64,000 bases of DNA from Deltaproteobacteria bacterium (GCA_029547185.1 JAKPPU010000034.1:58780-122779); one strand, 5' to 3'. Positions 48,199 through 59,520 are shown, counted from the stretch's first letter. The notes: generated by a model from the letters alone, not told the origin. Program-made: numbers and translations.

Positions 48199-49562
48199 TC
48201 AGCGCAGCGGCCTGAAGGAATTCTCAAAGATATAGTCTGCAATCTGCCTCCCCTGAGCGATGCCCTCGGTATTGTCGAACGCCCAGTGTACGCCGACATA
48301 GATCCTGCTCAGGCCGTTTTCGGCCTCTGCTTCGCTGAAAGACGCGAAGTCCCTCGGGATGAGCGGCCGCACCTTTCCGGTATTGTCCTTCGTCACGCCG
48401 TTGAACTCATCCGAGATGACCGTGAAGGATACGCTGTCCGTCCCGTAGAAATCACGCAGTATCTGGAAGCAGGCGTCGCCGAACGTTGAATGCCCGGCCG
48501 GATAGGCAGGGAAGGGGGGCGTGAAATTGGGCTTGCTCGTGTTGCTTGCCTGGGAGCCGAGGGGGGTGAAGTTCGGATCCCCGGCCGTCTGGGGATTGCC
48601 GTCGCCAAGCCCGGTCGGTCCGGTTCCCTTGTCCGCCTCGCGGATAGCGGTAACGGGGCGCCAGAAGTCATGGTAGTATTTCGATTCGAAGCATGCAATG
48701 GCTCCATCGGCCATCGCCGCATTGACCAGGGCCAGAAGACGTGCGAGCTCGACGGCATCAGACCCCATCTGGTCGGCGATCTCCATGACGATCTGGTTGT
48801 ACATCTTGGGCGGAGTTCCGATGTGCGGAGTTTCGTCGCAGCACCAGAAGATCCCGGCGATGGTCTGGTCGGGTGTTCTCATAGTGGGCGTTGTGGTGCC
48901 GTTTCCTCCAAGGAGCTTCAGTTCATTGAATGCTGCCGTATACTGCTCGCTCGTCAAGGCGGGCGGAGGTGGAACCCTGAACTGGCTTCCCGACTGCATG
49001 ACGAAAGGCTCGACCTTTCCCCAGTAGGCCCCCAGGGCAACCGGATTCTTGCTTATCGGGTTCTGGCGCCATCTGCCGGGGAGTATGCTCGTGAAGTAGT
49101 CGACGCCGATCACGGGTTCTTTATGCGCCGAGCCGTCGTTTTCCCTGAGGGTGAGGATTGCGCTTGCAGCCATGCTGCCGAGACAGATACCCTTTGCCTT
49201 TGCCTTTCCGTCCGGTATCAGGAGAAGGTTTTCGTTGAGAAGCTCGTCAAAGGTCGGTGCCTGGGAAGGATAGAGGGCAACGAGGGTGTCGTGCGCCGCC
49301 TTCGAAATGGCAGCCTCGATCGAAGCACCGGCGAAATAGGCGGCATATTGTGCACTGAATAGGCGGCATATTGTGCACTGCCTTTGGTTCCCGGGGCAAA
49401 TTCGGTATAGCTCTCGTAGCTGCGGTCAATGGCGTTCACTGCATCGTAGACGGCAATCTGGACGATCGCGAACGCCCTGGCCGTTCTGTTCGGACCGAGC
49501 TGCTCTCCAAAGACCCTGTTTTCGCCGGGCAGCACAGGTGTGTGGTCGATCGCGTTCGCCAT
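48199..49562 (-). pseudogene. vanadium-dependent haloperoxidase/PAP2-like gene disrupted by a 23-bp tandem duplication
   Basis: The track shows two same-strand pieces (49218..49562 and 48199..49173). The C-terminal piece carries HDFWRPVTAIR, PAYPAGHSTFG and SRIYVGVHW. Deleting one 23-bp copy joins both pieces into one 446-codon frame. The true N-terminus may lie further upstream. Confidence 0.8.
49335..49380. repeat. perfect 23-bp direct tandem duplication (2 copies)
   Basis: AATAGGCGGCATATTGTGCACTG at 49335-49357 is repeated exactly at 49358-49380. The flanking bases differ, so the unit is exactly 23 bp. Confidence 0.95.
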
Positions 49563-49909
49563 CGTACCCGAGGCGGGTGTGTTCGACTACATAGAAGACA
49601 GGTTCAACGATCATGGCAAGATCACCTATGCCGGGGCAAAGTGGCAGATCAGTTTCTGGGGATATGCCCGGCTTCAGGATTCTATCGTTTCGGAGAGGGC
49701 GCCGGTAGAGCTTCAGGGAATCGGGATGAATTCCCGGAAGTCCATCCGTCCTTCCGCCAATTGCAGCTGCCGGTTTTCTGCATACGAAAGACCTTACCCC
49801 ATGGTCCGGCCCGGCAATCGGATCGGGCAGCTTGACTGGCAGTCTGTGCTGGACTAGATACAACTACAGGTTTACAAGATCTCGAGAACTAGAAAAGGGG
49901 AGGCTGCCT

Positions 49910-50341
49910 TTGGACCTGAGCGAAGCTGTAGAGGTGTTGGGATTTGTTACGGCCCTGTGCGTGGTGGGATCACTCTCGAATTTCTTCCTCAAGGAAATCA
50001 GCAGGACATTCATCAGGAATCTGCCGAAGAAGTATGCCGGCTTCGCCTCTGCGTACAGGAGCTTCATGAGGTTCATGCTCAGGAGGCACCGCTCCTTCGG
50101 CTTTGCCGCACTCTTCATTGTCCTGATGCATGCGTTTCCCATCGTTGCCCGGTCTGTGCTGTCCGTGACAGGGCTCATTGCCGCTGCCGCACTGGGGTGC
50201 ACGGTCTGCCTGGGTATGTACGGATATTACCTCAAAAAAAGCCTTCGATCTGCCTGGCTTCACGTGCACCGGGCCTTTGCGCTTGCCCTCCTCATTGCCG
50301 CAGTCGTGCACCTCTTCTTCAGGGCCCCTGTCGCTCTCTGA
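49910..50341 (+). CDS. small polytopic membrane protein with conserved-looking His in TM helices
   Basis: The TTG at 49910 is preceded by GGGGAGG 6 nt upstream; the track ORF starts at 49832. It has 3-4 hydrophobic helices, with His in FIVLMHAFPIV and AAVVHLFF. A DUF4405/cytochrome-b-like assignment is a guess. Confidence 0.5.
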   Translation: MDLSEAVEVLGFVTALCVVGSLSNFFLKEISRTFIRNLPKKYAGFASAYRSFMRFMLRRHRSFGFAALFIVLMHAFPIVARSVLSVTGLIAAAALGCTVCLGMYGYYLKKSLRSAWLHVHRAFALALLIAAVVHLFFRAPVAL

Positions 50342-50445
50342 GAACCCCTTGGGAAACCGCAAGATAAGGGCGAATCACTCTGTTGACACCGTGCGATATA
50401 TGTGTTCTACATGGAGGTTACCAATCCTGGTGAGGTGAGAAACAA

Positions 50446-50670
50446 ATGGAAGAAAACGATCTGCAGCTTATTCGGAAGCTCATCCCGAAGAACAAGGAGC
50501 TTAAAACCCTCTGGGATGAACATCTGGAGTATGAAGAAAAGCTCGATCAGCTGAATAAGAGGAGATACCTGAGCACTGAAGAAGAGATGAAGAGAAAAGA
50601 GCTCCAGAAGCTCAAGCTCAGGGGCAAGGACAGGATAGCCGAGATCCTGAGAGAGGCCCGCGGTCTCTAG
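50446..50670 (+). CDS. DUF465 (YdcH-like) small coiled-coil protein
   Basis: 74 aa. The pattern LKTLWDEHLEYEEKLDQL...EEEMKRKELQKLKLRGKDRI is typical of DUF465. Confidence 0.75.
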   Translation: MEENDLQLIRKLIPKNKELKTLWDEHLEYEEKLDQLNKRRYLSTEEEMKRKELQKLKLRGKDRIAEILREARGL

Positions 50671-50710
50671 AGGCCTGTACAAGTCCATACGATTGGTTTA
50701 AGAGCATTGA

Positions 50711-52408
50711 ATGAAGAAGATCTCAGGAGCACAGGCATTCATCGAGGCATTGAGGAAGGAAGGTGTGACGGATGTCTTCGGGTATCCAGGCGGCGCTGTC
50801 CTCGATATCTTCGATGCACTCATGGACGCCGACGACATCCACTTCGTCCTGACGAGACATGAGCAGGGAGCGGTCCACGCTGCCGACGGATACGCGCGAG
50901 CGACGGGCCGCGTAGGGGTGTGCCTCGTGACGTCGGGACCGGGCGCCACGAACACGGTAACAGGGCTCGCCACGGCCTGCATGGACTCGATTCCTGTCGT
51001 TGTTTTCACCGGCCAGGTCAACACCAATCTCATCGGGAACGACGCCTTCCAGGAGGCGGACATCGTGGGGATCACGAGGCCCTGCACCAAGCACAACTAC
51101 CTCGTGAAAGACGTGGGTGATCTCGCGAGGGTGATCAAGGAGGCGTTCTACATAGCCCGTACCGGAAGGCCCGGACCCGTCCTCGTCGATCTTCCCAAGA
51201 ACATCCAGAAGAGCATGATCACCTTCAAGTATCCCGACCAGGTGAGGCTCGACAGCTACTGCCCGACCTACAAAGGCCATGTCGGCCAGATCAGGCGGAT
51301 CATGGGCGTGATCTTGAAGAGCAGAAGGCCCGTCATCTATGCGGGCGGCGGGGTCGTGCTCTCGAACGGCTCGGATGCGCTCACGGCCTTTGCCCGGAAG
51401 CTCAGGATCCCGGTCACCACGACGCTCATGGGCATGGGCGTCTTCTCTTCCGAAGATCCGCTTTCCATGGGCATGCTCGGGATGCACGGCACCTATGCAG
51501 CAAATATGGCGGTGACGAACACGGACTGTCTCATCGCGCTGGGCGCCCGTTTCGACGACCGGGTGACCGGCAAGATCGATGAGTTCGCACCCAAGGCCAA
51601 GATCGTCCATATCGACATCGATCCGACCTCGATCAGCAAGAACGTGCAGGTCGACCTCCCGGTGGTGGGTGACTGCAGGATGGTCCTCGAGGACATGCTC
51701 TCGCTGCTCGAAGGCAGAGACGCCGAGATCTCGGAGATGCACGCACAAACCGCTCCGTGGCTCAGGCAGATCGATGCCTGGAAAAAGGATCAGCCTTTGC
51801 GGTACTGCAAGAGCGACAAGATCAAGCCCCAGTACGTGGTCGAGATGATCGACGAGATCGCACCCGACGACGCCATTATCTCCACCGAGGTGGGCCAGAA
51901 CCAGATGTGGACGGCCCAGTTCTACAAATTCAGGGAGCCGAGGCTCTTCCTCACGTCAGGAGGCCTGGGAACCATGGGCTACGGCTTCCCGGCAGCCATA
52001 GGCGCCCAGGTGGCGTTTCCGGACAGGACGGTCATCGACATCGCGGGCGACGGCTCGATCCAGATGAACATCCAGGAGATCGCCACTGCCGTGCAGTACG
52101 GGCTCCCGGTCAAGGTGATGATCCTCAACAACGGCTATCTGGGCATGGTCCGGCAATGGCAGGCCCTGTTCTACCGGAAGCGCTATTCCCACACCTCGAT
52201 GGCGGTTTCCCCCGACTTCGTGAAGCTTGCTCAGGCCTACGGAGCGAGCGGCATCAGGGTTGAAAAGCCCGCCGATGTGAAGGACGCGATCAGGGAAGCG
52301 CTCTCGATCAAGGGACCGGTCTTCGTGGACTTCATCGTGGATCCGGAAGAGGACGTGTACCCCATGGTTCCTGCAGGGGCGCCCATAAACAACATGCTTC
52401 TCGTATGA
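50711..52408 (+). CDS. ilvB: acetolactate synthase large subunit
   Basis: 565 aa. A ThDP enzyme: [14 protein letters not shown] and the ThDP motif [11 protein letters not shown]...NNGYLGMV. Confidence 0.95.
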   Translation: MKKISGAQAFIEALRKEGVTDVFGYPGGAVLDIFDALMDADDIHFVLTRHEQGAVHAADGYARATGRVGVCLVTSGPGATNTVTGLATACMDSIPVVVFTGQVNTNLIGNDAFQEADIVGITRPCTKHNYLVKDVGDLARVIKEAFYIARTGRPGPVLVDLPKNIQKSMITFKYPDQVRLDSYCPTYKGHVGQIRRIMGVILKSRRPVIYAGGGVVLSNGSDALTAFARKLRIPVTTTLMGMGVFSSEDPLSMGMLGMHGTYAANMAVTNTDCLIALGARFDDRVTGKIDEFAPKAKIVHIDIDPTSISKNVQVDLPVVGDCRMVLEDMLSLLEGRDAEISEMHAQTAPWLRQIDAWKKDQPLRYCKSDKIKPQYVVEMIDEIAPDDAIISTEVGQNQMWTAQFYKFREPRLFLTSGGLGTMGYGFPAAIGAQVAFPDRTVIDIAGDGSIQMNIQEIATAVQYGLPVKVMILNNGYLGMVRQWQALFYRKRYSHTSMAVSPDFVKLAQAYGASGIRVEKPADVKDAIREALSIKGPVFVDFIVDPEEDVYPMVPAGAPINNMLLV

Positions 52409-53932
<1,524 letters not shown>

Positions 53933-54547
53933 GTGAAGATCCGCAGGGAGGGTCTGCCCTTCATCATCGGGTCCGGCGTCGCATCCCTCGTTCTCGTCCT
54001 CATAGGGCTGGGCGTCGTCGGGCTTTTCCCCGTGCTGTTCGTGCTCTGGTTCTTCCGGGACCCGGAGCGCATCGTGCCTTCGGGGGACGACCTTATCATC
54101 TCACCCGCAGACGGGACGGTCCTCGATATCAAAGAGGTTAAGGACGAGCGCCTGGGAAGGTGTACGAAGGTGCCGATCTTCATGTCGGTCTTCAGCGTTC
54201 ACGTGAACCGCGCCATGGTGAGCGGCAAGGTGATCGAGAAGCGCTACCGCCCCGGCGCCTTCCACGTGGCGAGCGTGGGCAGGAAAACCGATGCCAATGA
54301 GCGCATGATACACTATATAGAGAATCAAGACGGTGTCTACCGGGTCGATCAGGTGGCAGGCCTCGTGGCCAGACGGATCCTGTTCTTTCCCGAGGTAGGA
54401 GACACCGTGCAGGCCGGCCAGAGGATCGGGCTCATACGGTTCGGATCGCTCCTCGAGTGCTTTGTGCCGCTCGACGTGAAGGTCATGGTCACGAAGGGGC
54501 AGAAGGTCACTGCCGGCCAGACTGTCATAGGGAGGATAGAGAGATGA
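53933..54547 (+). CDS. psd: phosphatidylserine decarboxylase (short form proenzyme)
   Basis: 204 aa, GTG start. A TM N-terminus and an FGS self-cleavage-type motif in IRFGSLLE. The stop overlaps the pssA ATG as ATGA. Confidence 0.88.
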   Translation: MKIRREGLPFIIGSGVASLVLVLIGLGVVGLFPVLFVLWFFRDPERIVPSGDDLIISPADGTVLDIKEVKDERLGRCTKVPIFMSVFSVHVNRAMVSGKVIEKRYRPGAFHVASVGRKTDANERMIHYIENQDGVYRVDQVAGLVARRILFFPEVGDTVQAGQRIGLIRFGSLLECFVPLDVKVMVTKGQKVTAGQTVIGRIER

Positions 54548-55350
54548 ACAGGAGATACCGACATTTCAGGAGTGAGGAGAAAAAGAAGCGCTCAGTGCCC
54601 TTCCTGCCGAATTTCATAACCACCATGAGCCTGTTCTGCGGCTTCTACTCGATATCCTTCTCCCTCAAGCAAAACTTCGTCATGGCAGCCGTTCTCATCC
54701 TCATTGCAGGGTTCATCGACGGCATCGACGGCAGGGTCGCCAGGGCCACGAACTCCACCTCGGCCTTCGGCAAGGAATACGACTCGCTCTCCGACGTGAT
54801 AGCCTTCGGCGTATCGCCCGCGATCCTTGCCTTCCTCTGGCAGGTGAACCAGTTCGGCCGGCTCGGGTTCATCGCGAGCTTCCTCTTCGTGGCCTGCGGC
54901 GCCTTGCGGCTTGCCCGTTTCAACACGGACACCGTATCCGACGGTTCGACCTTCACCGGCCTCCCCATCCCCGTGGCCGCTGCGGCGGTCTCCGGCATGG
55001 TGCTCCTGTCGGCCGAGCTGGATAGAAAAGATCTCATGATACCCCCCGCCCTCGTCCTGGTGGCTGTATATGCGCTGTCCTACCTCATGGTGAGCACGAT
55101 CAGGTATCCGAGCTTCAAGCACATATCCTACATCAAGGCCCACCCCTTCCAGCTCCTCGTGGCAGGGCTCCTCGTGCTCGGGGTTGTGGCCTACTGGCCC
55201 GAGGTCATGATCTTCACCATCGCCATGCTCTTCATCGTCGGGGGGCCGATCTGGGGCACGGTCGTCCATTTCCGTGAAAGGGCGCGCGAAAAGAAGGAGG
55301 CAAAGAGTACGGAGGCCGAGCACCTCCAGCAGGAAAATCCCAACGGGTAG
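54544..55350 (+). CDS. pssA: CDP-diacylglycerol--serine O-phosphatidyltransferase
   Basis: CDP-alcohol phosphatidyltransferase motif DGIDGRVARATNSTSAFGKEYDSLSD. The ATG at 54544 is used; the track ORF starts at 54457 inside psd. Confidence 0.88.
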   Translation: MNRRYRHFRSEEKKKRSVPFLPNFITTMSLFCGFYSISFSLKQNFVMAAVLILIAGFIDGIDGRVARATNSTSAFGKEYDSLSDVIAFGVSPAILAFLWQVNQFGRLGFIASFLFVACGALRLARFNTDTVSDGSTFTGLPIPVAAAAVSGMVLLSAELDRKDLMIPPALVLVAVYALSYLMVSTIRYPSFKHISYIKAHPFQLLVAGLLVLGVVAYWPEVMIFTIAMLFIVGGPIWGTVVHFRERAREKKEAKSTEAEHLQQENPNG

Positions 55351-55436
55351 ATCAACGCAAAGCCGACCGATGCCCGTCGAATCGAAGACGTCAGACGGGC
55401 ATACGCATTTTTTGCAGAAGAAAGAATGAGAGTGCA

Positions 55437-56696
55437 ATGACCGCAGCAGAAAAGATACTCGCAGCCCACACGGATGCAAAGGAAATCAAGCCGGGAGACA
55501 TCATCAGGGTAGATGTCGACGTGGCGCTGTCGAACGACATAACGGCGCCCATCGCCATCAGGGAATTCGAGGCGGCCCCAGAGCCGAGGATCGCGGATCC
55601 GGATAAGATCGTCTTCGTGCTCGATCACTTCACCCCGAACAAGGACATCGCCTCTGCCAACCAGTGCAGGATGGTCAGGGATTTTGCCAGAAAGTACGGG
55701 ATTCGGAATTTCTTCGAAGGCGGCGAGGCAGGGGTCGAGCATGCCCTCCTGCCCGAAAAGGGGCTCGTCGTTCCAGGCGATGTCGTGATCGGAGCGGACA
55801 GCCACACCTGCACGTACGGGGCGCTCGGCGCCTTCGCCACGGGCGTGGGCAGCACGGACCTCGCTGCCGCCATGCTCACCTCCCGCGTATGGATGAAGGT
55901 GCCCGAGAGCATGAAGTTCGTCTTTACGGGAGAGCTCCGGCCCTGGGTCGGCGGCAAGGACCTCATCCTCTACCTCATCGGGCAGATCGGGGTCGACGGC
56001 GGCCTCTACCGGGTGCTCGAGATCGAAGGACCGGCCATTGCCGCTCTTGAGGTCAGCGACCGCCTCACCATCTCGAACATGGCCATCGAAGCGGGCGCCA
56101 AGGCCGGCATCATCGCAGCGGACGAAAAGACCGCCGCGTATGTGAAGGACAGGGCACAGAGGCCTTACACGGTCTACAGGAGCGACCCGGATGCTCGCTA
56201 CCACTCCGTGACCGAGTACGACTGCTCGAACATCGAGCCGCAGGTGGCGTTCCCGCACCTCCCTTCGAATACAAAGGGAGTAAGCGAGGCAGGCGAGGTG
56301 AGGATCGACCAGGTGGTCATCGGCTCCTGCACGAACGGAAGGATCGAAGACTTAAGGATCGCGGCCCGTGTGATGAAGGGGAACAGGGTGGCAAAGGGCG
56401 TTCGCTGCATCGTGCTTCCGGCAACCCCTGCAGTGTTCCTCCAGGCCGTGGAAGAAGGCCTCATCCGGATCTTCCTCGAAGCAGGCGCAATCATCGGTCC
56501 GCCCACCTGCGGTCCGTGCCTCGGCGGGCACATGGGAATCCTCGCCAGGGGAGAGCGGGCCATTGCAACGACGAACCGCAATTTCGTGGGCAGGATGGGG
56601 GACACGTCGAGCGAGGTCTATCTCGCCGGACCTGCCGTGGCAGCAGCCTCCTCCGTGACCGGAAAGATATCGTCGCCCGATGAGGTGGCATCATGA
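55437..56696 (+). CDS. leuC: 3-isopropylmalate dehydratase large subunit (aconitase family, short type)
   Basis: 419 aa. Fe-S ligand regions GADSHTCTYGALG and CTNGR...PTCGPCLG. Confidence 0.92.
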   Translation: MTAAEKILAAHTDAKEIKPGDIIRVDVDVALSNDITAPIAIREFEAAPEPRIADPDKIVFVLDHFTPNKDIASANQCRMVRDFARKYGIRNFFEGGEAGVEHALLPEKGLVVPGDVVIGADSHTCTYGALGAFATGVGSTDLAAAMLTSRVWMKVPESMKFVFTGELRPWVGGKDLILYLIGQIGVDGGLYRVLEIEGPAIAALEVSDRLTISNMAIEAGAKAGIIAADEKTAAYVKDRAQRPYTVYRSDPDARYHSVTEYDCSNIEPQVAFPHLPSNTKGVSEAGEVRIDQVVIGSCTNGRIEDLRIAARVMKGNRVAKGVRCIVLPATPAVFLQAVEEGLIRIFLEAGAIIGPPTCGPCLGGHMGILARGERAIATTNRNFVGRMGDTSSEVYLAGPAVAAASSVTGKISSPDEVAS

Positions 56697-57187
56697 AATT
56701 CCACGGCAAGGCTTTCACATTCGGAAACGACGTCGACACCGATGCCATCATCCCTGCCCGCTACCTGAACGATTCGGACCCCGGGCACCTCGGGAAGCAC
56801 TGCATGGAGGATGCGGACCCGTCCTTCTCCTCGAAGGTCCGGAGCGGCGACATCATCGTTGCAGGGAAGAATTTCGGATGCGGCTCTTCACGGGAGCACG
56901 CGCCCATCGCCATCAAGGCCTGCGGCGTAAGCTGCGTGATCGCGACGAGCTTCGCCCGGATCTTCTTCAGGAACAGCTTCAACATGGGCCTGCCGATCTT
57001 CGAATCTGACGAGGCCTCTCTGGAGATCAGGGAAGGCGACACCGTCGAGGTCGATGCATCGAGCGGAGAGATCCGTGACCTCACGACCGGCAAGTCGTAC
57101 AAGGCGAGGCCCATTCCCCCGTTCATGCAGGAACTCATCGAGGACGGCGGCCTCATGGAGCACATCCGCAAGCGGGGCGGGATATAA
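56693..57187 (+). CDS. leuD: 3-isopropylmalate dehydratase small subunit
   Basis: 164 aa. GKNFGCGSSREHAP motif. 4-nt overlap with leuC. Confidence 0.92.
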   Translation: MKFHGKAFTFGNDVDTDAIIPARYLNDSDPGHLGKHCMEDADPSFSSKVRSGDIIVAGKNFGCGSSREHAPIAIKACGVSCVIATSFARIFFRNSFNMGLPIFESDEASLEIREGDTVEVDASSGEIRDLTTGKSYKARPIPPFMQELIEDGGLMEHIRKRGGI

Positions 57188-57309
57188 CAGGGCTTGAAAT
57201 CACCCATCGCAATCGTTTTTATAATGGGGAGGACCCGATTTTCCCCGGGCTGAAGCCGATTCGAATACATCCGGGGTGAGCGGGCAGTATCGAAAGAGAG
57301 GGACGGCAC

Positions 57310-58326
57310 GTGGCGTCTGCAGGATACCGGGTAGCTGTTGTCGGTGCAACCACGCCTTCGGGAAGCGAGCTCATACGGATTCTCGAAGAGCGGAATTTTC
57401 CTGTCCGGGAGCTCGTTCCCTTCGTGACGAATGGGTCCCTGGACAAGAGCACCCAGTACCGGGAGGAGGGGCTCCCCTTACAGGAGCTGAAGCCGGGGGC
57501 CTTCACGGGCATCGACATCTCCTTTTTCACGGCGGACGAGAAGACGAGCAGGGAGTTCGTACGGCAGGCACAGGCTCAAGGGTCTCTCGTCATCGACACC
57601 TCTCCTGTCTTCCGTTTGGACAGGGACATCCCCCTGGTCGTCCCGGAGATAAATGCGGACGCCATAACCGGCCGCCGGGGCATCATCGCGAGCCCTTCGC
57701 CTTCAACGATCCAGCTCGTCCTTTCCCTCATGCCGATCCACAGGAAGGCAACGGTCAAGAGGGTGATCGTCTCCGTGTACGAAGCGATCTCGGATGCGGG
57801 CGAGACGGCCATGAACGAGCTTACCGAGCAGATTGCGGACCTCTTCAACTTCAACGAAGCCAGGTCCCAGGTCTTCCCGCACCAGATAGCCTTCGATGCC
57901 GTGCCCCAGACCGGCCTCTTCCTCGACAATGCCTACACGTCGGAAGAGCTGCAGATCGTCACCGAGACGAAGAGGATCATGGCTGACGAAGGCATCAGGA
58001 TATGCGCCACCACCGCGTATATCCCGGTGTTCTTCTCGCATTCGCTTTCCGTGAACATCGAGACGGAAAGGAAGATCGATCCCGACGCCGCACGAAAGCT
58101 GCTCGAGGGCGCCCCCGGGATCGTGGTCGAGGATAATCCGGCAGCCGGCGTCTATCCGCTCGCCGTGTATGCGACCGGCAAGGACGAGTGCTTCGTAGGC
58201 AGGATCAGGCAGGACCTCTCGGTAGAGACCGGCATTGCCCTGTGGAGCGCCATGGACAACATCCGCAAAGGCACGGCCCTGAATGCCGTGCAGATTGCGG
58301 AGCATGCGATGTCCATGGCCGGGTGA
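57310..58326 (+). CDS. aspartate-semialdehyde dehydrogenase-like protein with degenerate catalytic motifs
   Basis: 338 aa, with clear end-to-end Asd similarity (PLVVPEINADAI, FVGRIRQD, DNIRKGTALNAVQIAE). However, the active-site segment reads IASPSPSTIQ (no Cys), GATTPSG replaces GATGxVG, and SDAG replaces SGAG. Confidence 0.8.
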   Translation: MASAGYRVAVVGATTPSGSELIRILEERNFPVRELVPFVTNGSLDKSTQYREEGLPLQELKPGAFTGIDISFFTADEKTSREFVRQAQAQGSLVIDTSPVFRLDRDIPLVVPEINADAITGRRGIIASPSPSTIQLVLSLMPIHRKATVKRVIVSVYEAISDAGETAMNELTEQIADLFNFNEARSQVFPHQIAFDAVPQTGLFLDNAYTSEELQIVTETKRIMADEGIRICATTAYIPVFFSHSLSVNIETERKIDPDAARKLLEGAPGIVVEDNPAAGVYPLAVYATGKDECFVGRIRQDLSVETGIALWSAMDNIRKGTALNAVQIAEHAMSMAG

Positions 58327-58334
58327 GCCGTCCG

Positions 58335-59111
58335 ATGAGAGTAACGCTCGGCCAGTATCTTCCCCGGGACTCGGTGATCCACTCTGCAGACCCCAGGGTG
58401 AAGCTCTTTCTCATGGGCCTGAGCATCGGTGCCGTCTTCCGGATCGATACCGCCTTGGGCCTCGCCCTGTTTTTCACCCTGTGCATGCTTTTGAGCATGC
58501 TTTCGCGGGTGCCCATGAGGAGGCTCCTGGCCGGCCTGAGCCCCTTCATCTGGCTCTTTGTGCTCACCGCGGTTCTCCACCTCTTCATGACGCCGGGCAG
58601 GCCCATGCCGTGGATCCCCCATGCCACCTGGCAGGGTCTGGAGAACGGGGCGAGGGTGGGTTTCCAGCTCGTGTCCGCGATCTGGATCTCGACGCTCATG
58701 ACGCTCACGACCTCGCCGCTTGACATGGTCGAGGCCCTCGAGTGGTACATGAGGCCCCTGAAGTATGTGCGGGTCCCGGTCGATGAGATCGCCCTGCTCA
58801 TCATGCTCGCCATCCGCTTCATCCCCCTGCTCTTCGAGGAGACGGACCGGATCCTGAAGGCTCAAATGGCGCGCGGGGTCGATATCGAAACCGGCGGCAT
58901 CCTCAAGAAGGTGCGCTCCATGGTGCCGATCCTCGTTCCCCTCCTGCACAGCGTGTTCAGGCGCGCCGACGACCTCGCCGTCGCGCTCACCCTGCGCGGG
59001 TACGAGCCGGGCATCGAGAGGTCGCGGATGAAGCGGATGCATGCCAGGGCGAGGGATCTCGTCTCCCTGGCAGCGATGAGCACGATCCTCGTGACCCTGG
59101 CCTGGTTCTAA
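58335..59111 (+). CDS. ecfT: energy-coupling factor transporter transmembrane component (EcfT/CbiQ family)
   Basis: YLPRDSVIHSADPRVKL, LTTSPLDMVEAL and ALTLRGYE motifs. The ATG at 58335 is used; the track ORF starts at 58188 inside the asd-like gene. Confidence 0.85.
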   Translation: MRVTLGQYLPRDSVIHSADPRVKLFLMGLSIGAVFRIDTALGLALFFTLCMLLSMLSRVPMRRLLAGLSPFIWLFVLTAVLHLFMTPGRPMPWIPHATWQGLENGARVGFQLVSAIWISTLMTLTTSPLDMVEALEWYMRPLKYVRVPVDEIALLIMLAIRFIPLLFEETDRILKAQMARGVDIETGGILKKVRSMVPILVPLLHSVFRRADDLAVALTLRGYEPGIERSRMKRMHARARDLVSLAAMSTILVTLAWF

Positions 59112-59264
59112 AGAGCCGGACAGCAGGCTTGGGGATCCTTCCCCGAATGCGGGCATGTCCCCCGCATCGAAAGGTCTGAGCGGTCCACCGGGGTGCTGAG
59201 AGACTTCCTCTCCGAACAGGATTTTTCTTGAAGCCGGTCTATTTATATATGCTGAGAGGATATC

Positions 59265-59516
59265 ATGGGGAAGCTTCGTGTCATTTTGATCGGCGGCGCC
59301 TCCTTGACGGAAGGCGAGTTTTTCACCAGGGACCGGACCTTTGTCACGTATTTCGACGGACCTGCCAGAGGCCTCAAAAAAGGCACACCTGTCGAATTCG
59401 AGGGCGTGAAAGTGGGTGGGGTGGCTGGCGTCGATCTTCAATACGATCCCGTGACGGATGCGGTCAGGGTCCCCGATGCCCTGCTGCGCGGGAAAACGGC
59501 ATCGGGAAAGGAATAG
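59265..59516 (+). pseudogene. MCE-domain fragment (probable 3' remnant of a pqiB/mlaD-like gene)
   Basis: 83 aa. FVTYFDGPARGLKKGTPVEFEGVKVGGVAGVDLQYDP is MCE-like. There is an in-frame stop at 59253-55, no TM or earlier domains, and the ORF ends 4 nt before the pqiC-like start. Confidence 0.5.
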
Positions 59517-59520
59517 GATC

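Noticed and set aside
59144-59170. A hairpin, ATGCGGG-CATGTCC-CCCGCAT, after ecfT, considered as an intrinsic terminator
   Set aside because: It has a 7-bp GC-rich stem but no downstream T-tract. That is not enough to call a terminator.
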